In this document: positions 50,363-64,000 of the stretch, one piece after another
Layout of the letters: each line of letters opens with the position of its first letter
How positions within the stretch are numbered: position 1 is the stretch's first letter
Assembly: GCA_964016885.1 (NCBI GenBank)
Contig: OZ024740.1
Location: 222,084,001 to 222,148,000 of the forward strand
Direction of reading: 5' to 3'
DNA from: Eledone cirrhosa
Taxonomy: Eukaryota
Length of the DNA stretch: 64,000 nucleotides
The notes under the pieces: generated by a model
The model's input: only the letters and a program-made list of their open reading frames with translations
Database searches by the model: none
Told to the model about the DNA's origin: nothing
Program-made: the position numbers and the translations under genes

Positions 50363-52039
50363 TCTGCTTCAGAGTAGTGGGCTGTCAGAAAAAAATGGAA
50401 AGCCAGACAAAATGATTTGCAGCATTTGTTCCAAAGTTAGATTTCTTTAACATTACCACATGATACTTGGGTGCCCTCTGTGTAATCAAAATTCGGGTTA
50501 GTTGTTCAGATTGAGGTTAACCTCATCCTCCTCTCCTAGTAAATACTAATGAGCATCTGTATTCCGTCCCTGACTAATCAGTTAACAAATTTCAGGTTCA
50601 GCTATGAATTCTTGAAAATGCGTTCTATGCTGTCATAACAGGATTTGCTTTTGACTTATCATAATAATTCAGACACACAATAGAAGTTACATTGGTATTT
50701 ACTAAATTCAAATAAATTAACAGAAAGAAACCGTTTGTCTTTTGACAAGCAGTGTAGAACATTATGTCTAATGAACAATAATATAAAGCGATTCTTAAGA
50801 GCAACAGGACATATGTGCTTGTAGATTAATCAACATTATCATAATTTTCTTCCATTGTAGCTATAATATAGTGCAGCAAATATACAGGTTATCAATTGCT
50901 TTTAAGAAGAGCAGTTCAGACGGATACATTTATTATATAACTATTAATTAATATTTTTGTACACAATTATCTTATACAGAAATTTCATGCATGTTTATGG
51001 GGAGTTATAGCCTTCTAAATTATATATATTTAACGATATTACATGTGATTTTTAAAACAATATACCTTTGGTAAATTTAGAAATATATCTGAAATTCTAC
51101 TGTTCTTTATCCCAAACTGTGCAGTGATTTCCACCTTTGCATCTGTAATCTATTTACTAACACATTGCTTCAACAAACTTTGTTCATAGCCGAAAGCGAG
51201 AAATTATAATTTGCATTGCTGAACCCTTGATGTATCATGTTTTATATTATTTCTGCATCTACAAATAGAGAAAGAGTATAAAGCTCATGTAGATAAATGT
51301 TACGTTACTGTTAACTTCTATATAACATTATCGTATGCAAATGAATATTATCAATCGCATTGAGAGTAAGTGGAGACAGTATCATAGCAAACGATCAAAG
51401 TAGGACATATTTTACGCAATTCCCCAGGCATGGCTGGCTTAGGTATAGTTGTTTATGCACCCAATAATAATGTCGTTTTCGCATAAATATTCAATATTAA
51501 AAGATCAGTAAGATTGCAGAACGAGAGTGAACCATTCTATATATGTTATAATGGTACATATTATTCTGCAACGTCCTACCTTATAATCGTTGAAATTTAA
51601 CTTTACCTCCTCTGTTTTCAATTCGATGAGTACCAGTAATATAACGAAATCATTGCAATCGGTTATATTTCACTATTACAAAACAAAGCCTTGTGTTAGT
51701 GAAGATAAATATCCATTGTAAGTGTTTATAATATGGCATAAATCTAGGAACAAGTGGAAACAAAAGAAATAGTTGTACATATATATAGTTATACTGCAAT
51801 TGTTTTCAATACAGATATATTTGTATTCATTCCGTTTATATTCAAGCTCTTTAAACACACATGAACTTGTGTGTTTACAAGTAGAATACGTTCCTGAAAT
51901 AATACATTATATAATACTTTTAGTTTAGTTCTTTCTATTGAACCAGTATTCAATCTAATGGTCTTGCCTGCACTACACAGGCTTTATATAAATCACTTTC
52001 CATTCCTTTTGATTTTTCCAAAGTAGCAAATATATACAA

Positions 52040-52045
52040 GCACAC

Positions 52046-52128
<83 letters not shown>

Positions 52129-52241
52129 TACACACACGCACACACACACACATACACATACCCACACACACACACACGCACACAAACACACACACACAAA
52201 CACACACAGTCACACACACACACACACAGTCACACACACAG

Positions 52242-52335
<94 letters not shown>

Positions 52336-52460
52336 GTACACATTTACACGATTATAATGTATGGATAATTCACAAACATGTATATATAAATATATATATA
52401 TATATGTATGTGTGTATATATATATATATGTGTGTGTGTGTGGGTGGGTGGGTGTATGTG
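52040..52460. repeat. Long (CA)n/(TA)n/(TG)n compound microsatellite
   Basis: Directly visible in the sequence. Confidence 0.95.
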
Positions 52461-53781
52461 TGTATTTCATACATATAACATAACACAAGTAGAAAGTAAC
52501 AATATTTATGCATTGCTTGCATATATATATGCATCGAATTTAAGATCTTTGTTTTACTTAAATGTAATAGTTTTTCTTTAAAACAAAGATATAAATGTAC
52601 ATGCATATATATATATATCAATACATATGTTCATAATGTTAGCATAGATACATATATTTCTACATCTATACACACATCCATAAATTTATACATATATACA
52701 CACACAAATGCATACATACATATATATATATAATATATATATATACACACATACATACATACATGCATACATACACATACATCGATCTTGCTATCTAAGT
52801 TGTTTTGCTTAAATGTTATAATTTTCTTTAAAACAAGAAAAAATACTCTCACTGTATCAGATTTCAATAAACTTGTGAATTAAACTCCTCTATACTATTT
52901 GGTATGCATCAATCGTCGTAAGCATTTGACAACTGTGGCACCTACTCTGATATCAGAATACGAAATAACTATCGGAAACGATAAATGTTTAACAGATCTA
53001 TCATTATTGATACTTTCACCAATTAAATCTCATCTTGCCTGCATTTAATTTTTATTCCTATTTCTTCTTATCCTTTCAATTGTATATTCACCCACTTTTG
53101 TATCCTTTGTGAATTCAAAGTATATCTCAGTTTTAGACAAGCACTACATAAAGTTAAAGGCTGAATCTATCTGTTTTAGATGCTATCAATCATTCGTAGT
53201 TACGATGTTGCTTTCACTAAAATGAACATTTTAAATTTGTTTGTCTTAAATTGTAAAGCAACTGAATAAAATTAAAGCAAACACAATCTGACTGATTGCT
53301 TGCTTCGCTTAAATCTGGATGTCTGCCTAATATATTGCGACACATTTTCGAATAATATATTTGAATTGCCTCCTGTTTGTAGAAGTATATTTTCTTTAGT
53401 TTTGTTTCATGTTTATGACTGCTGCTTCTGGCAGGTTAATTGAAGGCAAGTGAAAAGAAAAGTAAATATATAGAACTAAACCGCTTTAGATTTAGCATGT
53501 ATGAAGTGTGTAATGATTTATACATATAAAATCGTCTACTCGTGTAATTTGCCACAGGCAGTACACACACACACACACACACACGCATTCACACAAATAC
53601 ACAAACACATACACACACACACACATGTGTGCATGCATGCATGAATGCATATATGAATGCACGTTTGTTTGTGAGAATACATGCATGTATATGTCCAGTT
53701 TACCTTTTTGTGACCAACTGGTGTCTGTCGGGCGGGTAATATAAATCCTATTTTCCCACCATTAAATGTATAAGACATATT

Positions 53782-53967
53782 AGGGCGGTGGATTGGCAGT
53801 ATCGGTAGAGGGTCGGACGCCATGCTTTCCAGCATAGTTACGTCCCTTTACGATCTGAGTTCAAATCCCGCCGAGGTTGACTTTGCCTTTCATCCTTACG
53901 GGGTCGATAAAATAAAGTACCAGTAATGCACTGGGTAATTGCTGGCCTTGTGCCTAAAGTAGAAACA
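53782..53967 (+). mobile_element. Young family-A tRNA-derived SINE with perfect 21-bp TSD
   Basis: A box tggcagtatcgg, B box gagttcaaatcc. TSD attaaatgtataagacatatt at 53761-53781 and 53968-53988. Confidence 0.95.
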
Positions 53968-54599
53968 ATTAAATGTATAAGACATATTTGCTCGAGTTAA
54001 TTTGGGTTGACATATTCTAACTTAGAATATCTGAAGAGAGAATTTCTTACGTTTCTGTACAATGCAAACTGTCTATAAATAGGAAATATGTAAAAGAATG
54101 AAATGCATCAACATATCGCCGTCTAATATTGCTACATATTCTGGGTCTTCATCAATTTCCTTTTATTCCATCATTTTTCTCATGGCGTTACTTTTAAGAA
54201 CAGTTGAATAGATGGGCAAAATACGTCTGATCTAGGAAGAGGCAAAACATGAAGTCATCCAAGCTCTTTTTTCTTTCACAAATCCTATGGTTATATTTCG
54301 AGCAATGATGTGCAAGGTTCTTAGAGGGTATATGTAATGATTTCGTTGAGAGTTATGGCATGATAAAGATGATGGATAACGAATAAATTATGCAATAGAG
54401 TTCAGAATATATAAGATGCTAAGGAAGAAAGAAATATGTATTCTTAACATTTAGTTTATCCTTACAAAAAATATCCCAAAATTCTGCACAAATAAAATTA
54501 ACAAATTAAATGTTTTAAGCAAAACATATTTAATTGTAGCCGCCTGTTATTGTATAAACTATTTCTATTGGTTTATTTATGTTTTACTTCATAATCCAA

Positions 54600-54960
54600 A
54601 GGCTATTGTTGCTTTGATCAGAAAACCGGGCTCTGTTGCCCTCAATGAGGAAGAGAGGAAGGGAGTCAAATACCGGAGCCTGACTAACCGCTTTCTTTTT
54701 GCACACCTCTCTGTGGAGACCTCTGATGTCCTTCGGCCCTGCCCTGCTCATTTTCTCCGAAAAGTCGGAAAGACGACGGCCGGTTTGAGGAAGGAGCCCT
54801 GAGAGATGGGGTGACTGCTGCAGCGAATGTCTCTGGCCATTCTCCATGGTAACGCTTTTGCCGTTTTGTCTGAGTGGCGCGGATGAGGCACCATTCACAA
54901 TGGAGTGTAGTGACTCTTACTCTCTTCCTTTCTTTCGCCGCTTGATCCTTCTTTCTTTTT
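54600..54960 (+). mobile_element. 3' fragment of a CRE-like RLE non-LTR retrotransposon
   Basis: Read-through translation EEERKGVKYRSLTNRFLFAHLSVETSDVLRP...LLQRMSLAILHGNAFAV resembles the K..KY...F.P..VET.G...QR.S.AI.RGNA C-terminus. GC-rich island. Confidence 0.65.
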
Positions 54961-56228
54961 TTCCTTTTCATTCTCTTTTTTTTTTGTTCTTCCTTTTCTG
55001 TTCCATTTAGTAATTTACGTTATCTGACTAAACATACAAAACTAACGCCCATGTAAATGAAATAAAATGAAATAAAATGAAATGACAATTATAATTATTT
55101 CCCCTTCAGCTGCGAAGTATGTATGAGATCTTACCTTGATTAGAAAATGTTCAGGTGTTCTTTTAATAAACTAAGTACAATAAACTAAGTACTGCTTTAT
55201 TCGTCGATTTAGCTATGCATCTGAAATCGTATAAATGTGTTAATTCAGTTGCACGTAAGTGACATATATTCTAAAATATATTTTCGAATATTTGAAAAAC
55301 CCTATTTTTTTCTTATTTATTGAGTCAAAGCTAATATTTGCATCATTGATTGCTTTATATTTGATTTAGTCATATGAAAAACTAAAATACTGCAAACATA
55401 TTTCATTAAAGTTTCTTTAGAAAAACTATGTAATTGTAAAATATCAAGTGTAATAATGAAATATTCATACTGAATTAGTTACACTGTTTCATGGTCACTA
55501 GATTGTAAACATCAACAGAAAAGATTACTAAAGGTTAGACATAGCTAATACCTTGTAGCAAATATATGATAGATGAGATAGGAAGTATAAACAGAGCGTG
55601 CAGGAGGAAAAATATCGATTATATATGGTCAATAGCACTAGTACGGAGAGCACCATTTCTGAAAATAACATTACAGAGCAAAATATTTGTCTTTATTGTT
55701 TTAGGTTCAAAATTGTATTTAAAGATAATGACACGACCCAAGTTTAATACAAGTGTTTCATTGGAAGCTCTCCAATTGATGTTTTTGCCAGGAAGCCAGA
55801 GGATTACTTCAGGAAAATAGTAAATAACAGACGGAAATCATGTTGTCTATTTGTGTGGACATAATAATGTAAGAAAATTTACTGACTTTTGAAATTGCAC
55901 TTTATTGTCAGTAAAACAACTATAATGACAATAATAAGCTAAATAATTTCTTTAGTTTAGATAGAAATAACAATACTGATTTTTTCGAGAACAAATTCAT
56001 TTCAATTAAACAAATGTGCTTATTGACAATGTTTTGTTCAGAGAAAACATAAACTGAAAACCAGTAAAACTAGTTTCTTTATAAGTTTAGAGAAATCAAT
56101 GACCAATATTGATTAGAAAATTGCATCTATGTTGAAATAATCTTTTATATCTTAACAGCATTTCATTATAGGCCACTCTTCGTGCTTCAAATGAACGGAC
56201 GGAAACAAATCTAATTTCTTGGAATATA

Positions 56229-56341
<113 letters not shown>

Positions 56342-56604
56342 GAGAGATATTTAATTTGTTGGAAATCCAACAAATATAGATGCTTATAACTGATTCAGAG
56401 CACTCGACAAGTTTCTGGAGTAAGTATTCAATGATATTAAATAAATGGAAACTATATTTATAAAACCATATTTATTCTATTACATATATTTCAAGGGTAC
56501 CACACATTTTGGTACGCTATCATCAGATGAAATACAAAATGTTTTATAAATATTTGACATGATTAAGGATAATATACCTTAACGGTTCAAGTTATCCCTG
56601 GAAA

Positions 56605-56691
<87 letters not shown>

Positions 56692-56694
<3 letters not shown>

Positions 56695-57024
56695 TTGTCC
56701 CTCGGTATTCGCGAAAAGTGAAAAACATCGAATATTGGACGTGGTCCATAAAAATGCCAATAAAAGTCAAAATATAACGTAAAATATATTAAAAATAGAG
56801 GGACCATCTTATACGATGGGGCGAACGGCAAACGCAGTATGTTATTATTAATAATTTAGCGTTTAATATATTGTATATATTACCACGAAAAAAGCTATTA
56901 AAAAGATCGCGGAAGATATTTATGATTCCACGAATATGTGGTGGTTTCCACGAACAATTATTAATTAGGTCCTAAGGAAAATTCCACAAATAACAGGGGC
57001 TGCGAATGCCGAAGGTACACTGTA
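56692..57024. mobile_element. pogo/Tigger-like MITE
   Basis: TIRs agttgtccctcggtattcgc / gcgaatgccgaaggtacactg-TA. Confidence 0.65.
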
Positions 57025-57080
<56 letters not shown>

Positions 57081-57085
<5 letters not shown>

Positions 57086-57926
57086 AACGAGTAGGACCCC
57101 GACGGCTGAGCTCAAGCCGTTTCGACAGCTAATTCTGGACTAGTAGTCCAGAATTAGCCGTCGAAACGGCTTGAGCTCAGCCGTCGGGCTCCTACTCGTT
57201 TCTATTACCCACTCTACTGCCCTAAGTATTGAGTACTTTGGTGCGTTATGGTCCACCTGGTTCCTTACCACATTTCCTTCGTTATATATATATATATTGC
57301 TATCGCCTAGACCTAATGATTAATTGATTAATTTAATTTGACAATTCCATTGATCGGTTAATTATTTAAGTTTGTTTAATAACGGTCTGGTTGAGTGCTT
57401 AATTCAGTTTGTGTATGGAATTTTTTTACATTGCCCATAATTTTTGAATTGACCGCTAGAAACCGGGGTTACCTCCCTTTGGAGTAACATGTGCTTCACA
57501 CCTGGTTTTGGGTTAGAACGAAAGCCTGCTGAAAAAGTAAATTCCTCTGTTCGATCTTCCAGAAACCTAACTTGTATACACCACAAGCTGATTTTGTTGA
57601 TTTCGGATTTACAGAAACCTCACTTGGATCTTCAGTAATTTCCAAGTCTCAGTCCGGGTAAGTATACAGACATGTGCATATATGTATGTATATATATTTT
57701 TATATGCATATATATATGTGTGTGTATGTGTATTTCCTTTTCTCACTAGTCAGTTCTTTCGTTGCTACAGATCACGCGGCTAAATTAACGGTTTATTTTC
57801 AATTTGCAAAGCCCTTTAAACTGTATGTTATTACTCTGAGGTTTATTCCTTGTCGAGTGCTTGGCTCCACTGCTGAAGGCATTCGTTGGCTTGGCTGCTG
57901 ATCGAACTTCGAATGTGCTGTACTAT

Positions 57927-57997
<71 letters not shown>

Positions 57998-58361
57998 AGA
58001 AGCAAAAAATTACTTATTGTGATCCAGTTGTTAGTTAAGAAAGCCAGTTTCATGGATGGTTTCAACGTACGGTTAGTGGTAACTCCACAAGTTTGTAAGA
58101 ATTCCGTTCAATCTTGGAGTATAAAGTATAAAAGAGAAAACACAGGTAAGCATTAAGAGAAGGATTTTATCCAGGTATTTACGACCGTTTCATTGGTAAG
58201 TGCAACGTTATATTTTGAAAATTTGGACTGTGAACAACAATTATAATTGAGTGGCTGCTATTTGCAGTATAGCAATATAAGGTTGCACACTTACCAATGA
58301 AACGGTCGTAAATATCTGGATAAAAACCTTCTCTTAATGCTTACTGTGTTTTATCTTTTAT

Positions 58362-58408
<47 letters not shown>

Positions 58409-58656
58409 GTATATCACGCACTCGTGCACACCTACACACACAGTGTGTGGTTGTATGAGTGTATCTTCCTTTCATGGTTTAAGAGGACCCACAAGACCCT
58501 AAATCGGAATAAAATTTGATTTATGTTTACGTGTGTTGAAGATATAGAAATACAGTAAAATCTCAATGGAGGTCACTTTTCGCTTCGGCTAACTGTAAAG
58601 CTCGCCTTTTTCGTTTCTATGAGTCCAGAACAAACCTGCATGTATACATACACACA

Positions 58657-58719
<63 letters not shown>

Positions 58720-58770
58720 TTATATACATGCATACATGAACATATATATACATAAATATAACTATATATT

Positions 58771-58832
<62 letters not shown>

Positions 58833-58933
58833 CACACATACACGCACAAACACACACACACACACACACATATATATTTATATACATGCATACATGAACG
58901 TATATATACATAAATATAACTATATATTTATAT

Positions 58934-58994
<61 letters not shown>

Positions 58995-59024
58995 TTTTAT
59001 GCTACAATATTTTCTATACCTTTC

Positions 59025-59058
<34 letters not shown>

Positions 59059-59232
59059 CGAAGGAAATGTGGTAAGGAACCAGGAGGACCATAACGCACC
59101 AAAGTACTCAATACTTAGAGTAGTAGAGTGGGTAATAGGAACGAGTAGGACCCCGACGGTTGAGCTCAAGCCGTTTCGACGGCTAATTCTGGACGAAACG
59201 GCTTGAGCTCAGCCGTCGGGGTCCTACTCGTT

Positions 59233-59237
<5 letters not shown>
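57081..59237. repeat. Nested inverted repeats in (TA)n tracts: outer 57081-57285/59056-59237, each with its own fold-back, and inner 58120-58214/58274-58369
   Basis: Arms verified by reverse complement. Fold-back centres at 57143 and ~59186. Half hammerheads GAAAC-ggcttgagctcagcc-GTC and GAAA-cgg-TC. Confidence 0.92.
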
Positions 59238-59285
<48 letters not shown>

Positions 59286-59287
<2 letters not shown>

Positions 59288-59640
59288 TTGGTCGCGAATA
59301 GATTGCTGTCGTTTATTTATCTACTATTTCTTCAAAGGTGCCTTTTAATCTTATAACATGGTTTAATTGATTTTTTGTGTGGTTAATTATGCTAATTGGG
59401 AGAGGAAATTGTGTATATATATTATCAAATGATTCTATGGACATACTTTATAGTAAACATCCGAATTACTTGGTCATTTCTATGGCTGTGCGGATAATGG
59501 TTTAACCATCGTCTCAGTGTGTTTGGCCTTTTAACGTATGTTGTAGCTCTGCTTCGTTAGAATTATTGACCGCTTGCCACACATCTCGGAAGTTGTTTTT
59601 CGCTAATTTCCAAAGCCGGAATACGATTCTCGGTAATTTA
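59286..59640 (-). mobile_element. Unclassified (TA)n-flanked repeat, homologous to 23638-24050
   Basis: Same shared blocks as listed for 23638-24050. Confidence 0.6.
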
Positions 59641-59644
59641 TATT

Positions 59645-59698
<54 letters not shown>

Positions 59699-60582
59699 TA
59701 TAGCGCAGAGATTGCTGAAATATCACTCTATTGTCTAAAAATGAGAATGACACATTGATTCACGACCACTATTTTAAATAGAAGATTGTTACGTGAGTAG
59801 CGCTGTTTTATAATAGGACTACTCAATCACTATTTACATTGGGCTAAACACAAGCAACAGCGTCTGTCTTCTGTCTCTGTTTTAATGTAAGCTAAGGTTT
59901 TGCCTTATATATTTTCTGCTACCGATGGTGATAATTATAATAGGCTCCATCATTATCATGTTAAAGAGGATACAATAATAATATCAGAAAATGCCAACAA
60001 CACAAAATTCTCGCTACCACAGCAGTAACAATATCTAGTATTTTACTGCTGTTATTAATTCCGCAACATCACTATCACCCTCACCACCATTGTCACCAAT
60101 GCAGTAAAAAATACTTTCCTGTGAACTCCAATGGCCAGGTAAACAAGCTAAATAATCAATTCTTATGTATTATTTTATGTTTATAGGCCAAAATCAGCAG
60201 ACACAATTAAGTTCATATATTATTTTGTCCCTGTGGACTAGCGGGCAAACGATTTCTTTGTTTTGATGAAGATTTACTCAAACCTAGACTGGCGTAACAT
60301 TTATTTGACAATCGGGCATGAGTTTTGTAGAAATACCTAGATAGAAAAGCAATAAGAACTAAAGCGTTTCATTTTCATAATGTTTTGTTTTTTTCGTGTT
60401 AGTCATCACGAGTATTGAACATTTTCTTCTCCCCTGGGCATAGAGTAAAAAAAAATACAACATATTCATGCGTCCTAGTTTTTGTCCATTATGAGATTAC
60501 ATTGCCTTATGAACAAAATCAACAAGTCATCAAAGTTAACCACTGAACACCAAATTATTAAGTATGTACCTATGAATGTATG

Positions 60583-60669
<87 letters not shown>

Positions 60670-61029
60670 ATATATATTTTTTTATAGAAAAATGGCTTCT
60701 ACAGAACTAGAACGGTTTCATTCAAAGGAAATCACCAGGAAAGCCGACTGTCAATGTGATATGGTGGTATTTATACATTTTTGGTGGTAGAGAAAGGTGG
60801 TGATTGTGATGGGGGGCGGACATTGGGTGATGGATTTCAAGAATGGGGATTCTTTGAAAAAGCCCTATTTAGAGAGAAATACATAGTGATACAGATTGAT
60901 ACAAATGCATGCACTCCTAAGTTTCAAGGTACATTTATTCTAAGTAAACAAAGGGTTTTCATTAAGTGCCTGTATTGACATGTTATTTTAAAAGGATGGT
61001 GAAGTCTACCAAAGGGTCAGGTGTTTACA

Positions 61030-61264
61030 ATCACACACATACACAGACACACACACACACACATATATATATATACATACATATATATATATAAACACAC
61101 ACACATATATATATATATAAACACACACACACATATATATATATACATACACACATATATATAAACACACACACACATATATATATATATAAACACACAC
61201 ACACATATATATATATACATACATATATATATATAAACACACACACACATATATATATATATAA

Positions 61265-61311
<47 letters not shown>

Positions 61312-61856
61312 CACACACACATATACACATTCTTCTATAGAATATGAATTCGATATATATACACAATATATCGTGTATCTTGTATGATATATGGCTCCTT
61401 CTCTCTCAATATAAACACATATTGATGTAAACAAATATATATATATATACATACATATATAAACAAACATATATACATACATATGCCCATGCATACACAC
61501 ACACATAGAAACACATACATACATATACCCATGCATACACACAAACACACATATACATATATATATATATATACACTCACACACACACATATATATATAG
61601 ATATATATATATACACTCACACACACACACATATATAGATTTATATATACACTCACACAAGCACATACATTTGCGTGTATATATATATATATATATATAT
61701 ACACTCAAATGCATACATACATATACCCATGCATACACACACACACACATATATATATATACACTCACACACACACATATATATAGATATATATATACAC
61801 TCACACACACACACATATATATATATATATACAATCACACAAGCACATACATTTGC

Positions 61857-61916
<60 letters not shown>

Positions 61917-62013
61917 TCAAATGCATACATACATATACCCATGCATACACACACACACATATATATATATATACACTCACACACACACATATATATAGAT
62001 ATATATATACACT

Positions 62014-62045
<32 letters not shown>

Positions 62046-62070
62046 CAATCACACAAGCACATACATTTGC

Positions 62071-62108
<38 letters not shown>

Positions 62109-62205
62109 TCAAATGCATACATACATATACCCATGCATACACACACACACACATATATATATATACACTCACACACACACATATATATAGATATATATAT
62201 ACACT

Positions 62206-62237
<32 letters not shown>

Positions 62238-62312
62238 CAATCACACAAGCACATACATTTGCGTGTATATATATATATATATATACACTCAAATGCATAC
62301 ATACATATACAT
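61030..62312. repeat. Higher-order tandem arrays built from CA/TA microsatellites (~60-bp units, then ~190-bp units)
   Basis: The anchor caagcacatacatttgcgtg recurs at ~61658, 61840, 62055 and 62246. Confidence 0.9.
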
Positions 62313-62699
62313 ACTAAGAATAATGTGTTCTAAACTCAAGCAGTCCTTTACAATGAAATAGCTCAAAGAAAGAAGTATTTCTGAGCCGTGTAATACAAGT
62401 TAATATAAATTAATATATATGATAAAACACAAATACCAACATATAAGTGTTTGTATTGTAAATGACTAAGTTAGCTAGATTGAAAAATACTAATTATAAT
62501 AATACATATACATATATACAAGCATACACACAAGTAAGCTTATACAAGGAAGTAAGTAAAGAATACTTACATAATCAATACTGTGAAGCGAACCAAAAGT
62601 GGGCGTAGGCTGAGTGTAGGGGCTGGGGCAAGATGTAGAGGGAGGGGATATTATGTCCAGTGTGGTGTTATTTTTAAACTATCGTTCTGGGGGCAGAAC

Positions 62700-63297
62700 T
62701 GGTTTGTAGGATTTATATGTTGCATAGTTTTTGTACAGTGAGTTTGTTCATTGTCGGGCCCTTGCCAAATAGTAGTTCATAGATTTGCGAAATACAAATG
62801 TCGCAACGCTTTTTCCTCCTATGTTTGAGCGCGCTCTCTGGAGTAATCCAGTCTTCTGAACGAGATGGGTATGGTCATACCACCGGGACTTAAATTTGTT
62901 GGTTGTCATTCTGATATATGTTTTTTTTTGTTGTTGAGACGATATCGCATTTATATAGGATGTCATTCATCAGGCATTTATTTTTGAGTGGACACGCTTC
63001 CATATTGTTGTGGCAGTTGCACAAGGATCCCATCCAGAGGTGGGTTTCGGAGGGAGTAGGCTTATTTAATTTAGCAGTGTTGAGGTTGGCTATATCCCTA
63101 GCCAAGTTAGGTGTAGTGGAGTAGGAGTCTTATCGTATTCTTATTATAAATAGTGTAGTACCTATGCTGTGTGGGGAAGTGTTTCTTTAGCAATTTGAAG
63201 AAAGTCCTAGCTATTGGTGTAGATATCTCTAGATTGAAAGGGGGTGTACCAACTAATTTGTCTATACCTATTTCTCCTAAGTGGTCTTGGGGTGTTT
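62700..63297 (-). pseudogene. Penelope-like element ORF 3' fragment: RT thumb/linker, Cys-rich motif and GIY-YIG endonuclease, frameshifted
   Basis: [41 protein letters not shown]; CNCHNNMEACPLKNKCLMNDILYKCDI; YIRMTTNKFKSRWYDH. The 5' truncation abuts (TA)n. Confidence 0.8.
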
Positions 63298-63384
63298 TAT
63301 ATATGTATATAAATATTAATATATATATATATATGTATATATATATACACATCAATATATATATATATACATCAATATATATAT

Positions 63385-63438
<54 letters not shown>

Positions 63439-63445
63439 ATATACA

Positions 63446-63975
63446 AGAGCGGGAGAGAGAGATCGTCCTGACGAGTGCCAGTTGAGTTCGAAATGCATCG
63501 ACGATTGTCCCGCTTGCTTCTGCCGGGCATCGCCTGGTGGCGCTACCTGCCAATGTGTTATTCATAGCTATGGTTTTCTAAATGTTTATTTATAAACATA
63601 TCATATTTTTTTTAGAAATATGAAATTCAAATACATATTTGTATACAGCTATGTTGGAAGGTAAATTCTAATTCTATTCTATTATAAGTCGAGCCAACTT
63701 ATACAGCTTTATATGTAAATAAGATTAATGACCTCCTTTACACAGACGAAAAACTATATATTTTCGCCTGTTTTCACAGTCCGGCATTTACTAGAGCGGG
63801 AGAGATCGTCCCGACCAGCACCAGTTGAGGTCGAAATGCATAAATGATTGTTCCTCTTGCTACTGCCCAGTCACCGCCTTGTGGCATTAGCTGCCAGTCT
63901 GTTATTCATAGCTATGGCTTTCTAAATATTTATTTATTAACATACTGTATTTCTTTAGAAATACGAAATTCGAAC
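63446..63975 (+). mobile_element. Tandem ~343-bp repeats, each starting with a hammerhead motif (pLTR/retrozyme-like)
   Basis: 63446-63630 is similar to 63793-63975. The second hammerhead is degenerate (CCGACCA). Confidence 0.8.
63462..63505 (+). ncRNA. Minimal type-I hammerhead ribozyme, fourth family
   Basis: atcgtc-CTGACGA-gtgccagttgagttc-GAAA-tgca-TC-gacgat. Perfect 6-bp stem I, palindromic TGCA loop and AUC triplet. Stem II is weak. Confidence 0.8.
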
Positions 63976-64000
63976 ACAGACACACACACACATAAATATA

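Noticed and set aside
53782-53875. Possible tRNA gene (A and B boxes)
   Set aside because: No cloverleaf forms. The sequence is multi-copy with a tail and TSD, so it is a SINE.
57595-57640. Minus-strand CTGAAGA...GAAA hammerhead-like core
   Set aside because: Stem II and stem I do not pair convincingly.
62890-63105. Possible selenocysteine-encoding PLE
   Set aside because: The Cys-motif positions are ordinary Cys codons and I could not identify a SECIS.

Overview
AT-rich, repeat-saturated eukaryotic (animal) intergenic or intronic DNA. The SINE and LINE content resembles an octopus/cephalopod genome, which is an inference from recalled repeat families. No host protein-coding gene could be supported. 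All real coding sequence is retroelement-derived: an intact R4/Dong-type RLE LINE ORF (4120-7512) plus a ~99% identical 5'-truncated copy in the same (TAA)n tract, two decayed L1/Tx1-type LINEs, a decayed near full-length RTE LINE, RTE and CRE fragments, and a Penelope-like (PLE) GIY-YIG fragment. The window also has about 14 tRNA-derived SINEs, non-autonomous Helitrons, MITEs and mini/microsatellites. The most striking signal, absent from the ORF track, is a set of unrelated short non-coding elements in (TA)n tracts. They are built as fold-back palindromes, nested inverted repeats or tandem repeats, and carry minimal type-I hammerhead ribozyme motifs (stem I-CUGANGA-stem II-GAAA-palindromic loop-UH-stem I). 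At least 5 families have full or degenerate cores and 2-3 have half cores, with a compensatory stem-I change between two copies of one family. They are best explained as PLE pseudo-LTR- or retrozyme-like elements targeted to TA microsatellites.
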